Source: Eledone cirrhosa (Eukaryota). From it: a DNA stretch of 64,000 bases. Below, one piece after another: positions 11,384 to 24,900 of this stretch. The translations under genes were made by a program, and so were the position numbers. The DNA lies in NCBI GenBank assembly GCA_964016885.1, contig OZ024762.1, forward strand, positions 5,952,001 to 6,016,000. The letters are read 5' to 3'. Numbering within the stretch: the first letter of the stretch is position 1; each line of letters starts with the position of its first letter. The notes under the pieces are model-generated. The model was not told where the DNA came from and made no database searches. It saw only the letters and a list, made by a program, of their open reading frames with translations.

Positions 11384-12290
11384 CTACCCAATATTACATT
11401 ATATATATATATGTATATTACATTATACATATATTTATGCAAATAAGTCTGATGGTTACCTCAACCTGCAAACCAACCACTGACCTGTACTTATAACCCC
11501 TGCTAAACCAAAGCCCAACCTACATCTCTATGTTCCACAAACAAACCATGGGCTGCATCAGCTTCCAAAAGTGTCTCAATTTAAATTAGTGTTGGGACAA
11601 AAGTGTCTCAATTTAAATTAGTGATGGGACAAAAGTGTCCCATGTGCATATTTTTAACAACAACAATAAAAATGTAAATAAAGATACATATTACTGGTTA
11701 AATTTAATCAAAATTAACTATTTTCAGTTCAAATCAAACTAATTTGTTTAAAACTAGAAAATCAGTAGGGAAAGGGTTAAATATTGCAGAGCCCCTGACT
11801 ACACCACAGTCAGTCTCTCCATACTACCACAGTCAGTCTCCCCATACTACCACCTAACTACACCAGTCAGTCTCCCCATACTACCACCTAACTACACCAC
11901 AGTCAGTCTCTCCATACTACCACCTAACTACACCACAGTCAGTCTCTCTACACCAGACTGCCACCTGATTATACATATATATTCGCTAATATGCAGATCT
12001 GACTGATCAGCCAGTCAGCTAATATGCAAATCAGGCCAATCAGTCACTGTGTATTTTTTAAAATAGCATATATTTCCACTAGCTCTGACAGTTTGGCAGG
12101 TGAACAGTGAACTGTACTGATGAAGGGTGATACCCAGAAACATTAGTGTCTGCATTTCTGTTCGCATGCCAACACAAGAGCAAGAATGAAGCGTTCATTC
12201 TACTGACATGGCTATAAAATTGGGGCTTGTTTGCATAATTGCAAACGAATCGAATGATATTATTAATATTCGAAAAACTCAAATTACATG

Positions 12291-12335
<45 letters not shown>

Positions 12336-12831
12336 TATACAAAGACACGTGTATGTGTGTATATATATATATATATTCTTATATATATCTGTTACTGGTC
12401 TGGTGCTATGATGAAGTTCCTCCTCCAGTTCACACTGCACACGATTGCCCTCTCAATTTCCTCTGCCTCCAGCCCAATGTCATCTTTAAGAACATCTTTC
12501 GATGTAATGGCCTCTCAACTTGTCTGCACACACACACACCCACCCTCACACACATGTTTCATATATAAAGCCCCAAAAAGAGGGAATCTATGGCTATCAT
12601 TATAGCTTTAAATTGATTGATTATGTCCTTTTTCCTAAGTATTACATTGAACCACATTATCTGTTGCTATCCAAAATGTCTTTCAAATTAGTCCAGGCAA
12701 GTTTGAACTCCAGTAAATATATTCTAATGAGCTGTGTTATTTAAATGAGATATTTAACTCTTAACCTCCTGTACTTCATCAACCACATTAGTAAGATGAT
12801 TTTGAAAAGTACAAAACAACATTATAACTAT

Positions 12832-13020
12832 TTGGCAGAATCGTTAGAGAGTCGGACGCCATGCTTTGCAGCAAAGAGTTACAGCCCTTTATGATCTGAG
12901 TTCAAATCCCGCCGAGGTTAACTTTGCCTTTCATCCTTATGGGGTCGATAAAATAAAGTACTAGTAATACCCTGGGATAATTGCTGGCCTTGTGCCAAAA
13001 GTAGAAACAATTATAACTAT
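12832..13020 (+). mobile_element. SINE, second family
   Basis: tggcagaatcgttag A-box-like motif, B-box, same central domain as 10905. Confidence 0.7.
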
Positions 13021-13165
13021 ATCACATTAAAAATTAAAGACTTGACTCTAATACTGCAAAGTTTCACAACAATGAGTTCACTAGTAAAGATACTATAAAC
13101 ATTTGAATTAACAAACTAGCAAGACATTCTTAAAAAATACAAAACAGTACTATGACTGCATTACA

Positions 13166-13394
13166 TTAACCGTTTAGCATTTACATTACTCTATATATGC
13201 TATTGTATTTTTGTGGTAAAGGCTTTATCTTACATAATTATCTCACATAATATCGAATCTACGAGATTTTGATGTTATTTATTTTGAGAACAATACCTTA
13301 ACATCAGTATGAGCAGCCATTTCATGCTGATTTGAACAGAAAGAAATGAGAGAGTTCTGTTCGGATGTGGCCAGTTTAAATGATAAAGGGTTAA
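13166..13394. mobile_element. piggyBac-like MITE
   Basis: TTAA flanks, TIR cc(c/g)tttagcattt; inverted homolog of 60550-60776. Confidence 0.7.
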
Positions 13395-14389
13395 ACATTA
13401 AAATCTTTACTTTAACTCTGATACTACAAGTTTTCACAACAATCTGTCCACTAGAAAAGACACTATAATAAGCATTTGAATCTACAAACCCGGTTTTTGA
13501 AATATTTTTGACTAAATCATTACAGGATATTAAAAGTTTCAGCTGGACACTTGTATTATGTTTACTTGTAGAGAGTGAGACCCGCTATCATTGTATCATT
13601 ACAATCATTGTATTTAATGTTCACTGTAAACCATGCTGGCATGGTTGGAGTGGACACTCAGAAACTTTTCCATTGACAAACCAAAATAAAAATTCTTTGA
13701 AAATATCCAATATTACAGATTTGTTTTCATTTGAAAGCCTCAGGAATATCATCTTTCCACTAAAACAGATTTCACTTTGCTTTGATACGATATTCATATC
13801 AACTCTACATTGACTTCTAAAATGGTTACAAACCCTACCTTGATTAGGTAGAACACTAATGTATGTGTATATAAATATATATATATTTATATATATATAT
13901 ATATGTATGTAAATGAAAAAATGGCATGCTGCGTTGTTGCGAATATGAACATATGAATAAAAATAGACCGAGAAACAGGAAAAAGTCCGTCATCAGTAGT
14001 CTGCTGATTCTCATTGGTATTTCTTCGCATTAAAGACTAGATACCTAAAATCAGTGTGAGCGGTAACTCAATTAAGTTATCGGGACAGAGGAAAGTGAAC
14101 AAACAACTTGGTAGTAACGCAATGTAAAGAGAGGAAAAGAGAGACAAGTCAATGAATCTTGTGGGCTTTATATACATATTTATATATACATATATACATA
14201 TATATACATATATACATATATACATATATATACATATATACATATATATAAGCAAAAGGGATATTCAATTTGTTGGTAATTCAACAAATATAAATGTTTA
14301 TAACTGATTCGAAGCACTCAACAGATTTTCTGGAGTATAATATCAATGATATTAAATAAATGGAAACTATATTTATAAAACCATATTTA

Positions 14390-14446
14390 TTCTATTATAT
14401 ATATTTCAAGGGTACCAAAACTTTGGTACGCTCTCATCAGATAAAA
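14390..14446 (-). ncRNA. Minimal type I hammerhead ribozyme motif (second sequence family)
   Basis: Minus strand reads ttttat-CTGATGA-gagcgtaccaa agtt ttggtaccctt-GAAA-tatata-TA-atagaa. Confidence 0.75.
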
Positions 14447-14670
14447 ACCAAAGTTTGTTTTATAAATATTGACATAACCAGGAAGATCTTAAGTATCCAG
14501 GAAAAACTTGAACCGTTAAGATCTTCTTCCTGGCTATGTCAATATTTATAAAACAAACTTTGGTTTTTATCTGATGAGAGTATATACTTTCAAACGTTCA
14601 ATCGACTGACAGGAAGGTATACATTGCTGATGACAGCTAATAAGCTAGAAACTAGTTCATCGTTCCTTTG

Positions 14671-15006
14671 TCAGTGTTGAACAAAAGGGCAATGATGGTT
14701 GCCGAACACTGTAGATAGATGGGAAAGCCTCAAAGAAAAGTTTCTTACCAGGTTCTTGGTTATGCTGGCAGGATGGTTAGAATGCTTACTGATGTAATTA
14801 AGCGTATCATTCGGCTTTCTATACAGGTAGTGCAAGCCATTTGACAAATTGAGGGTAACATCGAGGTAGTTTATGACTGAAAGGTTGGCCTCAACTTGTA
14901 TGGAGGGGTTGAAGCCTTTAAAGAAGGCTGTGAGTTCTTTTCTAAACCTGTCGCAAGCACGGGGACCGCACTTTGTCATGGTCAAAAGACCATGATCGCA
15001 GTACAA
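14671..15006 (-). mobile_element. Penelope-like element reverse transcriptase fragment
   Basis: YCDHGL (degenerate YxDDGL), NYLDVTLNL, YRKPNDTLNYISKHSNHP are typical PLE RT motifs. Confidence 0.8.
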
Positions 15007-15566
15007 ACCACCGATGCGCTGAACGAGTGCGACTTTTTAGTCCAGCCAGCAACTTGAAAACTCTGGTACAAACACTACACTTGTGACAATTATTGACACA
15101 TAGTGCTGGGCCCATGGCACTATGTAACGACAAGTGCAGAGAGATCTCCAGATATAAAGCAATGCCTGTGCCATGAAGCTTTTATAGTGAGCAAAGGCAC
15201 TGCACAAAGCCAGTCCCACTCTCTTAACCAAGATGATATTTACCAAAAAGAATAACAAGTCAACATCATTGGATTCCATCAGGGTTGCAGGTGTTATATC
15301 AGAGTTTTCCTTCTCCTAGAATTCTGCCTTGACAAAGGCTAAGGGGTCATCTCTCCCGGTGATTTTGGATGGCCATTGACTCTTAAGAGCTCCTTTGCTC
15401 CTTTGCTTCTTTGCCCTTTGTTTTTAGTCCTGCAGGATGTCCAAAGCCACCCTCCTCACCAAGAAACCTTGGTGGGGTTGCCAGTTTTGTCGCCAACGAC
15501 CCGACCATGAGACAGGTTGTACTGGGATACATGTTACCAGTAGCACCAACTGGTGACCTGACACAT

Positions 15567-15586
15567 GTATGTATATATATATATAG

Positions 15587-15617
<31 letters not shown>

Positions 15618-16036
15618 CATATACATACATATATACATATACATACATATATACAAATATATATACATACATATATACATATATATACATACATATATAC
15701 ATACATATATACATATATATACATACATATACATATATATATATACATGCATATATACACATACATATATACATATATATACATATATATACATATATAC
15801 ATATACATATATACATATATGTATACATATATACACATACATATATACATATATATATATACATACAAATATACACATACATATATATATATACATACAA
15901 ATATACACATACATATATACATATATATATACATACAAATATACACATACATATATATATACATACATATATACATACATACATACATATATACATACAT
16001 ATATACATACATATATCTATATATATATATATATTT

Positions 16037-16083
<47 letters not shown>

Positions 16084-16110
16084 CATATATATATATATAT
16101 ATTTATACAT

Positions 16111-16161
<51 letters not shown>

Positions 16162-16522
16162 CATATATATATATATATTTATACATACATATATATATAT
16201 ATATACACATACATATATATATATATACATTCATGCATACATATATATATACATATATATATATATACACATACATATATATACATTCATGCATATATAT
16301 ATACATATACAAATATATATATTTATATATACATATATACACATATATATATATATACATACATATATATATATATACATATATATATATACATACATAT
16401 ATATATACATATATATATATACATACATACATATATATATATACATACATATATATATATATACATACATACATACATAAATACATATACATACATACAT
16501 ACATATATATATACATACATAT

Positions 16523-16564
<42 letters not shown>

Positions 16565-16625
16565 ACAATGTATATATATGTATGTATGTATGTATATATG
16601 TATATATGTATGTATATATACATAC
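15567..16625. repeat. ~1-kb (TA)n/(CATA)n microsatellite
   Basis: Low-complexity tract. Confidence 0.95.
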
Positions 16626-17497
16626 ATGGCAGCGATAATGAGGGACAGAGACCGCTGGTGAGAACTCGTCCATGGATCTATGGATTTTTACCCGCCCTAA
16701 AATATATATATGCATACATACATATATATATATATGGTGGCTGCCAACTCGTTTTCGAGTATGGCCACTACTTTATATCCATGTAGGAGAACCCCTACCG
16801 ATGCGCTGAACGAGTGTGACTTTTTAGTCCAGCCAGCGACTTGAAAACTCTGGTACAAACACTACACTTGTGACAATTACTGACACATAGTGCTGGGCCC
16901 ATGGTACCATGTGATGACAAGTGCAGAGAGATCTCCAGATATAAAGCAATGCCTGTGCCGTGAAGCTTTTATAGTGAGCAAAGGCACTGCACAAAGCCAG
17001 TCCCACTCTCTTAACCAAGATATATATATATACATACATATATATATACATACATATATATATACATACATACATACATACATATATATATATATATATG
17101 CAGTATATATATACATACATATATATATATATATATACATACATATAAGCAGGATGTATGGTAGGTCATATGTGAATCGCAATGATCACGCCTGACCTAC
17201 CAAATATGCTGTCGGCAATAAACTTGTTGTAATGTCATAATAGTTCCTTTGTTCTTTTTCATTAATACATACATATATATATACATATATATATATACAT
17301 ATATACATATATAGAAATATTAAAACAATTTCATTGTTTTAATATTTCTATTTTTGACTCTGTATCCAATGAATTATATCGTTGAAAATTTTGTATTTTA
17401 AACTTTGCTTCACGACATCTCCATACGGCTTACATTGAGTTCTTCATACGGTTTAGACCCTACCATAGATTGGTAGATTTATCTGTATATATACATT

Positions 17498-17563
<66 letters not shown>

Positions 17564-17774
17564 TATATATATATACATGTGTAAGTGCATGTATGCATGT
17601 GTGTATGTGCGTGTATATATATGTTTATATATTTGTGTGTGTGTATATGTATGTATGTGTGTGTGTGTATATATATATATATGTATATATATATAGTTTA
17701 ATATATGAACAAAAAACAGAGATGCAGCACAAATGATGTTTTTTCGTTTTACGCTATATATATGTATGTATATA

Positions 17775-18109
17775 TATCATCATCATTTTACGTCCACTTT
17801 TCCCTGCTTGCAAGGGTGGGACGGGAACTGATTCTGGCTTGATTTCTACAGCTGGATGCCCTTCCTAACACCAACCTCATTTACAGTGAGTGCTGGGTGC
17901 TTTTTTGCCGTGGCACCTCCACGACCACTTTGCAGTGGAATGATAGGGACCCCAGTCCCTATCATCTCATTTCTACAGCTGAGTAAACTGGAGCAATGTG
18001 AAATAAAGTGTCTTGATCAAGGAAACAACACATCACCCGGTCTGAGAATTGAACTGACAACCTTTCGATTGCAAGGCCAATACTCTAACCATTAAGCCAT
18101 GTGCCTCCA
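17775..18109 (-). mobile_element. tRNA-derived SINE (young family)
   Basis: Near-identical to 5350-5696 and 11040-11383. Confidence 0.8.
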
Positions 18110-18149
18110 CATATATATATATATTAGTCTTCAATTTTATTATTATTAC

Positions 18150-18180
<31 letters not shown>

Positions 18181-18479
18181 ATATGTGTGTATGTATGTAT
18201 GTGTATGTATATGTGTGTGAACCTCTTAATCAATTTTGTTTAGTATATAAACCCCAAATAAATAATATACCTAGTCTCTATATTTGTAATATAAGCACAT
18301 AAACCTCATCAATTTATTTATTTATTTATATTTTTTAGCCGTTATTCACATGTTTTTCATTTTTGACAGGTTTCCGATCAAAAGTCTCTCTCCTTTCTCT
18401 TTCTCTCTCCTCCTTCCTTCTAATTTTTCCTCCATTATTTTCTTCTTCTCTCTTAGTTTTCCTTTTCCCTCTTCCTTCT

Positions 18480-18770
18480 TTTTTCCAATCTTCTCTCTCC
18501 TTTTATATATTTTTGTCATATGTTGACTGGACACTTTCTTGTTCACAAGTGTTTTTAGGGATCATATCATGTTACCTTATTTTATCTGATGAGAACGCAA
18601 TTATCATCCTAGGATGATATTTGTTTTTGAAATGTGCATAATAAAATATATGGGACTTTTTTAACCATCTTTTAATTTCTTCTTTATATACTCGTTCTGT
18701 CAACTGTTGAGTGCTCCTTATCTGATATATGCATAGTTTTATTGTTCTACAATAAAACTCACCTCCTACA
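18480..18770 (+). mobile_element. Penelope-like pseudo-LTR-type repeat, diverged copy
   Basis: Homologous to 2660-2870 and to the reverse complement of 2261-2560; ends aataaaactcacctcctaca. Confidence 0.6.
18578..18648 (+). ncRNA. Minimal type I hammerhead ribozyme motif
   Basis: tattttat-CTGATGA-[stem II ...tatcatcct aggatgata...]-GAAA-tgtgca-TA-ataaaata. Confidence 0.7.
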
Positions 18771-18834
18771 TTATATACACATATATATACACATACATAT
18801 ATATATATATATACATACATATATATATAGATAC

Positions 18835-19495
18835 AAAGACTAAGGTCCTTGTAAGTAGACGAGAAAACAGAACCCAGATCCTCTCAGGGAAATGGCCTTG
18901 CTCAGTATGTAGGAAATGTGTAGGTAAGAACTCAATTCTCTGCCCCAAATGCAAACAATGGGTACACAAGAGATGTAGCGGGATCTCAGGAAACTTAATT
19001 AAGAATGTAGGCTTCACATGCAGCAGCTGTGCTGGGACAGCAAGCAGCAAACAGCCACAAGAAACAAGTACCACCAATCTCTGTGAGGGCTCTGTAGAAA
19101 CAGTAGACAGCTTCTGCTACCTAGGTGACCGAATTAGCAGCGGAGGTGGGTGTTCAGAAAGTACAATAACTAGGGTAAGAACAGGATGGAAGAAGTTCAA
19201 GGAACTACTGCCACTGCTAGCTGCAAAAGGCTTCTTCCTCAAAATGAAAGGCAGACTGTATGATGCGTGTATCCGAACAGCAATGTTACATGGTAGTCAG
19301 ACATGGGCGCTGAAGGTGGCAGACTTAAGTAGATTAGAAAGAAATGAAGCCTGCATGCTCCGATGGATGTGTAATAGTAATATACGCGAACGACAAAGCA
19401 TAAATGAATTGAGAGAGAGACTGAGCATATGAGGAATCAAATGCTGTGTGCAGGAGAGGCGGTTGCGTTGGTATGGACATGTGATGCGTATGAAG
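18835..19495 (+). mobile_element. RTE-clade LINE fragment (RT C-terminus with Cys-rich PHD-like segment)
   Basis: WPCSVCRKCVGKNSILCPKCKQWVHKRC...FCYLGD...KGRLYDACIRTAMLHGS...RWYGHV. Confidence 0.8.
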
Positions 19496-19724
19496 CACCC
19501 AGCCCACACTGTCAAGTGGATGTGTAGGCGCCACGAAAAAGCACCCAGCACTCACTGTAAATGAGGTTGGTGTTATGAAGGGCATCCAGCTGTAGAAATC
19601 AGGCCAAATCAGTTCCTGTATGAGCAAGGCATGGTCAGCCGACCAGACACTGCCCACAACATGACAACCTGTCTAACCCATGCTAGCGTGGAAGAACGGA
19701 CGTAAAACGGTGATGATGATGATG

Positions 19725-19731
19725 TATACAC

Positions 19732-19764
<33 letters not shown>

Positions 19765-20192
19765 TATATATATATACATACACATATATATATATATACA
19801 TACACATATATATACATACATACATACACATATATATACATACATATACATACACATATATATACATACATATACATACACATATATACATACATATACA
19901 TACACATATATACATACATATACATACACATATATACATACATATATATATATATATATACATATACATACATATACATATATACACATATATATATATA
20001 TACACATATATATATACATATACACATATATATATACATATACACATATATATACACATATATATATATACACACATATATATATACACATATATATATA
20101 CACATATATATATACATACACACATATATATATACATACACATATATATATATATATACATATATACATGTATATATACATATATATATACA
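19725..20192. repeat. (TA)n/(CATATA)n microsatellite
   Basis: Low-complexity tract. Confidence 0.95.
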
Positions 20193-20518
20193 TGGCTCTG
20201 AACATTAATCAGTATACACTGAGGATGAAAAACTCAGAGCTGTATGGGAGCCTCCCAAAAGTCAGCTCAAAAGTGACACAGAGGAGACTGAGGTTAGCTG
20301 GACATGCTCACCGACATCCAGAGTTGACACTGCACTCAGTGCTCCTTTGGGAGCCCCTGCATGGACACACTAGAAGAGTAAGACCAAGGTTAACGTATGT
20401 TGATGCCCTAAGGACAGACACTGGTCTGTTGGAGACGCAGGACATGGCAGCGATAATGAGGGACAGAGACCGCTGGAGAGAACTCGTCCATGGATCTCGG
20501 GAATTTTACCCACCTTAG
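20193..20518 (+). mobile_element. RTE-like LINE 3' fragment
   Basis: [12 protein letters not shown]...LLWEP...RPRLTYVD...DRDRW. Confidence 0.75.
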
Positions 20519-21589
20519 ATAGATAGATATATATATACATATATACACATAACTCTGATACTGGTTCAGTCTGGTTCAACTGAATTGGTCTGTCCCGGTC
20601 ATTCATTGAGCAACATCGGTGAAGTTGGCACCCTTAACTCACAGTTGGGTGTGGATGCATTCATGTATATATGTGTGTGTCCGCATGTATCTGTGGGTTT
20701 CTAAATATATTGTTAATAACTCCCTCTGGTCGAGCAATCTTTGAAGTGTGGGGACAGCTGGAAAGCTTCCATTACTCATACTTCTCGCCTTCTTCACCAC
20801 CTCTTCTACGGCCTCGATATGAATACCCCCTCCGCGGTATTTTCTTCGGGGTTATAAGAGGCTTAGCTCTGTTTCTCGACCGTTATATCGCGTGACTATC
20901 TCCCCCTCCGCCTTTTGGGATTCTTTCTCACATCGTGTAGACGCGTTCTTGAGACTAGTAAAATGAGGTATCCTCTTGATAAGTCAGCAGACCTCGCAAG
21001 GACTCTATATCTTTATGATATATTGTTTTTGTTTATGCCACGAAACTACGTAGTCGAGGAATTTAGGAGCAGTTTAGGTATGATACATTTTATTACTAAT
21101 TATATCTAAATGTTTCTTCTCTCTTCATAATATATACACATACATATATATATATATATATACACATATATATACACATACATAAACATACATATATATA
21201 TATATACATATCAGTGGTGAAGTGTAACCTGGGAAGCAGGGCATGCAGTCCAATCACCATGGCGGAAAGTGGGGCTGTGCAGCCTCCCCCCATTCCCTCT
21301 AAATGTATATATATATATATATATGTATCAGGAGCGAAGTGTCCGTGCATACATTATAGAATCTTGAGTTGATCAATTGTATCGGTTGAAGCAAGCAGAA
21401 TTTTGGCTGCTTACTAAATCGTAGACACATAAAAAGATAACACACACACACACACTAGATAACACTACATGCGGCTTTGACAGGGAGGGTCATTTAGAGG
21501 GAATTGGGGGGGGGGGGGCTGAACCTTAGTATTATAAAGGTTTTATGATCGTTGGACGATCTTTGTTCAGGAAGTTTAGTAGCTAGAAC

Positions 21590-21990
21590 AGACTGGAAAA
21601 AGTTAAGAGAACAACCGTCTCATTTGAGAACGAAAGGTTGTATGATGTCTGCATGTGAAGTGTGCTGTTTCATGGAAATGAAACCTGAACAGTAAATGCA
21701 GAGGATGGAGAGAAATGAAGCAAATAAGCTTCAATGGATGTGTGATGTTAATGTGTAGGAACAGCAAAGCTTGAATGAGCTGAGAGAAAAACTGAGTAAA
21801 CGGCAGATCAGATGTAGTGTACAAGGGGGAAGACATGCACTGGTGTGGACATGTGATGTGTATGGTTGGTGGTTGCTGGGTGAAGAAGTGCTAAGAAATT
21901 TCAGTGGAAGGAAGCTGCAATAGAAGAAGATGAAGGAAGATGTGAGCAGAAATGGCGAGATCAGATCTCAGAATGGTGAGCCTGACAAAA
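21590..21990 (+). mobile_element. Decayed RTE LINE 3' fragment
   Basis: Similar to 1-300 and 19240-19495. Confidence 0.6.
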
Positions 21991-24900
21991 GAACACAGAC
22001 TTGTTTATAGTACCAGTGATATACAACCAACCTAACACAATGGCTACACACATGACATGTTCATGGTGCCAGTGATGTTACCAGTGTGAGCTATAGAAAT
22101 ACGCGTGATATGTGACTAGTCTGAGTCACAAACATGCCTTGTTTATGATGTCAGTGATGTATCACAAATGACGTTTATGGTACGTATATGTCAGTAACAG
22201 CTGGCACACTTAAATTGTTTCCCACTCACATTAAACTTGTTATACAGCAGTAGTAGTAACAGCTTTAAACCTTTTCATTATATTTCTAATGACACACACA
22301 GGCCATAATATTTTTAATGACTAACACACTGACAAGGACTCTCAAATCATTTTCAAAGTAATCAACAGGACTTAATAATGAGGTTCCATTGCTGAGTTGG
22401 TGTTTGGAACATAACCTAACTTCTTACATGCTGATTCAGCCAGTGAATAGCATTATATATCCACACCAGGTGGTGCTATTAAGTTAGATATGGCTTGGGC
22501 CAATACTGGCCAAAACGTATCAAAGTTATCAAAGTTTTATCACCTTATACACATCATTGTTTTTACATCCATTTTACCACACTTGCATGGGGTAGGACAG
22601 GTCCTTCTCGGCACAGCACCTCTCCACTTGCTGTTTCTTCGTCGTCATCTCTGCAAGTCTCAGCAATTTGAGATCAGCTGGTGATTTTGTTTTGTGGTAC
22701 CAAAGCTAGTTTTGACTGGATTGGTATCAAAAGGGTTAATCAAATTGTGAATATTATTAACTTTTAAAAATGTTTGTCATCTCACATGTCTGTGTTCCAT
22801 ATTTCTAATGAAAAACACTGCCCATGGGTTTAGTAAAATAACTTTCTTATTAAGCTTGTGTTTGGAACAATTTTTCACATTAAATTATGATGGACGGTTT
22901 TAAACACTTTAACCCTTTTGTTACCATATTTCTAATGAAAACACGACAATTTTCAAATAGTTTTGAAAATAATTATTTTGGAAGGATTTAGTAATATGTA
23001 TATACAAAAATTGAAACCCCAAGCAGAGGCAGCTAAACACATTGTTTAGATAGCATATATAAGCTGACCCATTTTACCATTGATTTTTTTGGTCAAACAT
23101 TCCTCAGCTTATATTCAAGTATATACAGTAACTAACTTTTTCAGTATTAAGCTTGTGTTTGGAACATAACTCAAAAGTTCTTATATAATACTATTATGGA
23201 AGGCTTCCACATTTCTAATGAAAAACACTGGCAATGTCTTTCAATTAATATTGAAAATAGGTAAAAATTTAGAAGGATTTTCTCATTATTAAGCTTGTGT
23301 TTCAAACATAGCTTAAAGTTTGACTTAAAATTATGAAGGAAATTTTTTTTTTAAAATAAAAGACTTAGAAATGGGTTGTATCACAGAACCAAAGTAGTTT
23401 TATGTAGGTAAGTATGCTTTGAAAGGGTTAAAAGGTAGCTGTAAACAGCAACATTGGGTGAGGGAATGGTAGAATGATTTGGTGGGGCGTGGGGGGTGCG
23501 ATTTAAAAAAAGAATATTTTATTACAATTTATTTTATTGTGTAAAGAATATTTTATTGCTTTCCATTAATTCAAAGTTGATGACAACTTGGCAAAGCTGC
23601 TGTCATTACCAGCCATAAGACAATAAAACACTGTTCTTCATGTAACAGCACTTCTGTCTGCAGAACATTTGAAAGGTGGAAGAGGGGATGCTATCCTAAA
23701 GCAATGACCACAGGATGACCAACTGGTTAAGAGGTTTGTTTCACAATCCTTAGGTGCCAAGTTCAATCCCACATCATTTACCATAGCCTCAGGTTCATTC
23801 CTTGCGAGTGAAACTCTCCAGGTCTAAATACAGACTTCTTCCAGGAAAGGATAGAGAATGAAAGAATGGAAGTGAGAAAGAGATATAAAGAAAGATCGAC
23901 CACAGTAGTTGACTGGTATTTTTTTTTTTTTATTAAAATCAACCTTGAATGGATAAAAGGCAAAGTTGACCTCGGCGGGATTTGAACTGAGAGCAGAGAG
24001 CCGCAAAGTATACAGCAAAGCATTCTATTTAATGTTCTAACGACTGCCAATTCATTGCCTTCCTAAAGTGTTTATCCTTATCTAAAGCCATAAGCTCAAG
24101 CTTTCCAAGTGCTGAGAGATTATGAAGTTCAGCGAAAATGTAGGAAAACTAAAAAAAAGGGGAAAAAGAAAAGTCTAAAGTCTGTCTCCCCCCGGAGATT
24201 CATCAGGGCAGTACTTATCCCAGTTACGATGATGTTAAGTGATTGAGAGTACAAGACTCACCTCTGGATAGGATGCCAGTCCATCGCAGGGTTAAACGTC
24301 CAGCTATGGCGAGTACTCAGAAAAATAACTGTAAAAACAGTTGGTTGCTATAAATAGGTTAGAAAATTGAATAAAGATCTTATAGACAGAAAAAGTTGCC
24401 AACAGCCTCTTTGAGGAAACCTGGTTTGATTCCTTAAAGCAGCAGCTGGCAACCTTTTTCCTGTCTATAAGGTTTCTTCACTCAATTTATTAAGCTATTT
24501 ATAGTAAATGTCCGTCTTCCATTAATTTTCTGCATCTGAACAGAATACATTACATTTTCTATGAACTTCAGAATAACAAGCATTTAAAGGCCATCTTCCC
24601 ACCTAAAGCCAGGTTTAATCTTGTGGACGCCATGACTAAACTTTGCCCTTTCATCTATACCCCTGCCACACCAACACGTTGGCTTTCCTCCTCTAACCAC
24701 ATCTTTCCCAATACATGACCCAACCAACTCACCCCCCTTCCCAATCAGTGCTGTGGGTCCCATTCTTAGATACAGGCAGTGTGTTGTGTTCTTGAGCAAG
24801 ACATTTCATTTTATGTTATGTTGCTTTCCATGACAGGACTGTAGTCTTTATTAAAACAGTCAAGAAACCTTATAGGAGGCCAACTAAATCTACACAGGAG

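Noticed and set aside
15383-16786. Many YI/HT/MY-rich ORFs here and at 624-1161, 3783-4481 and 19609-20205
   Set aside because: Artefacts of TA/CA microsatellites and the 24-bp minisatellite
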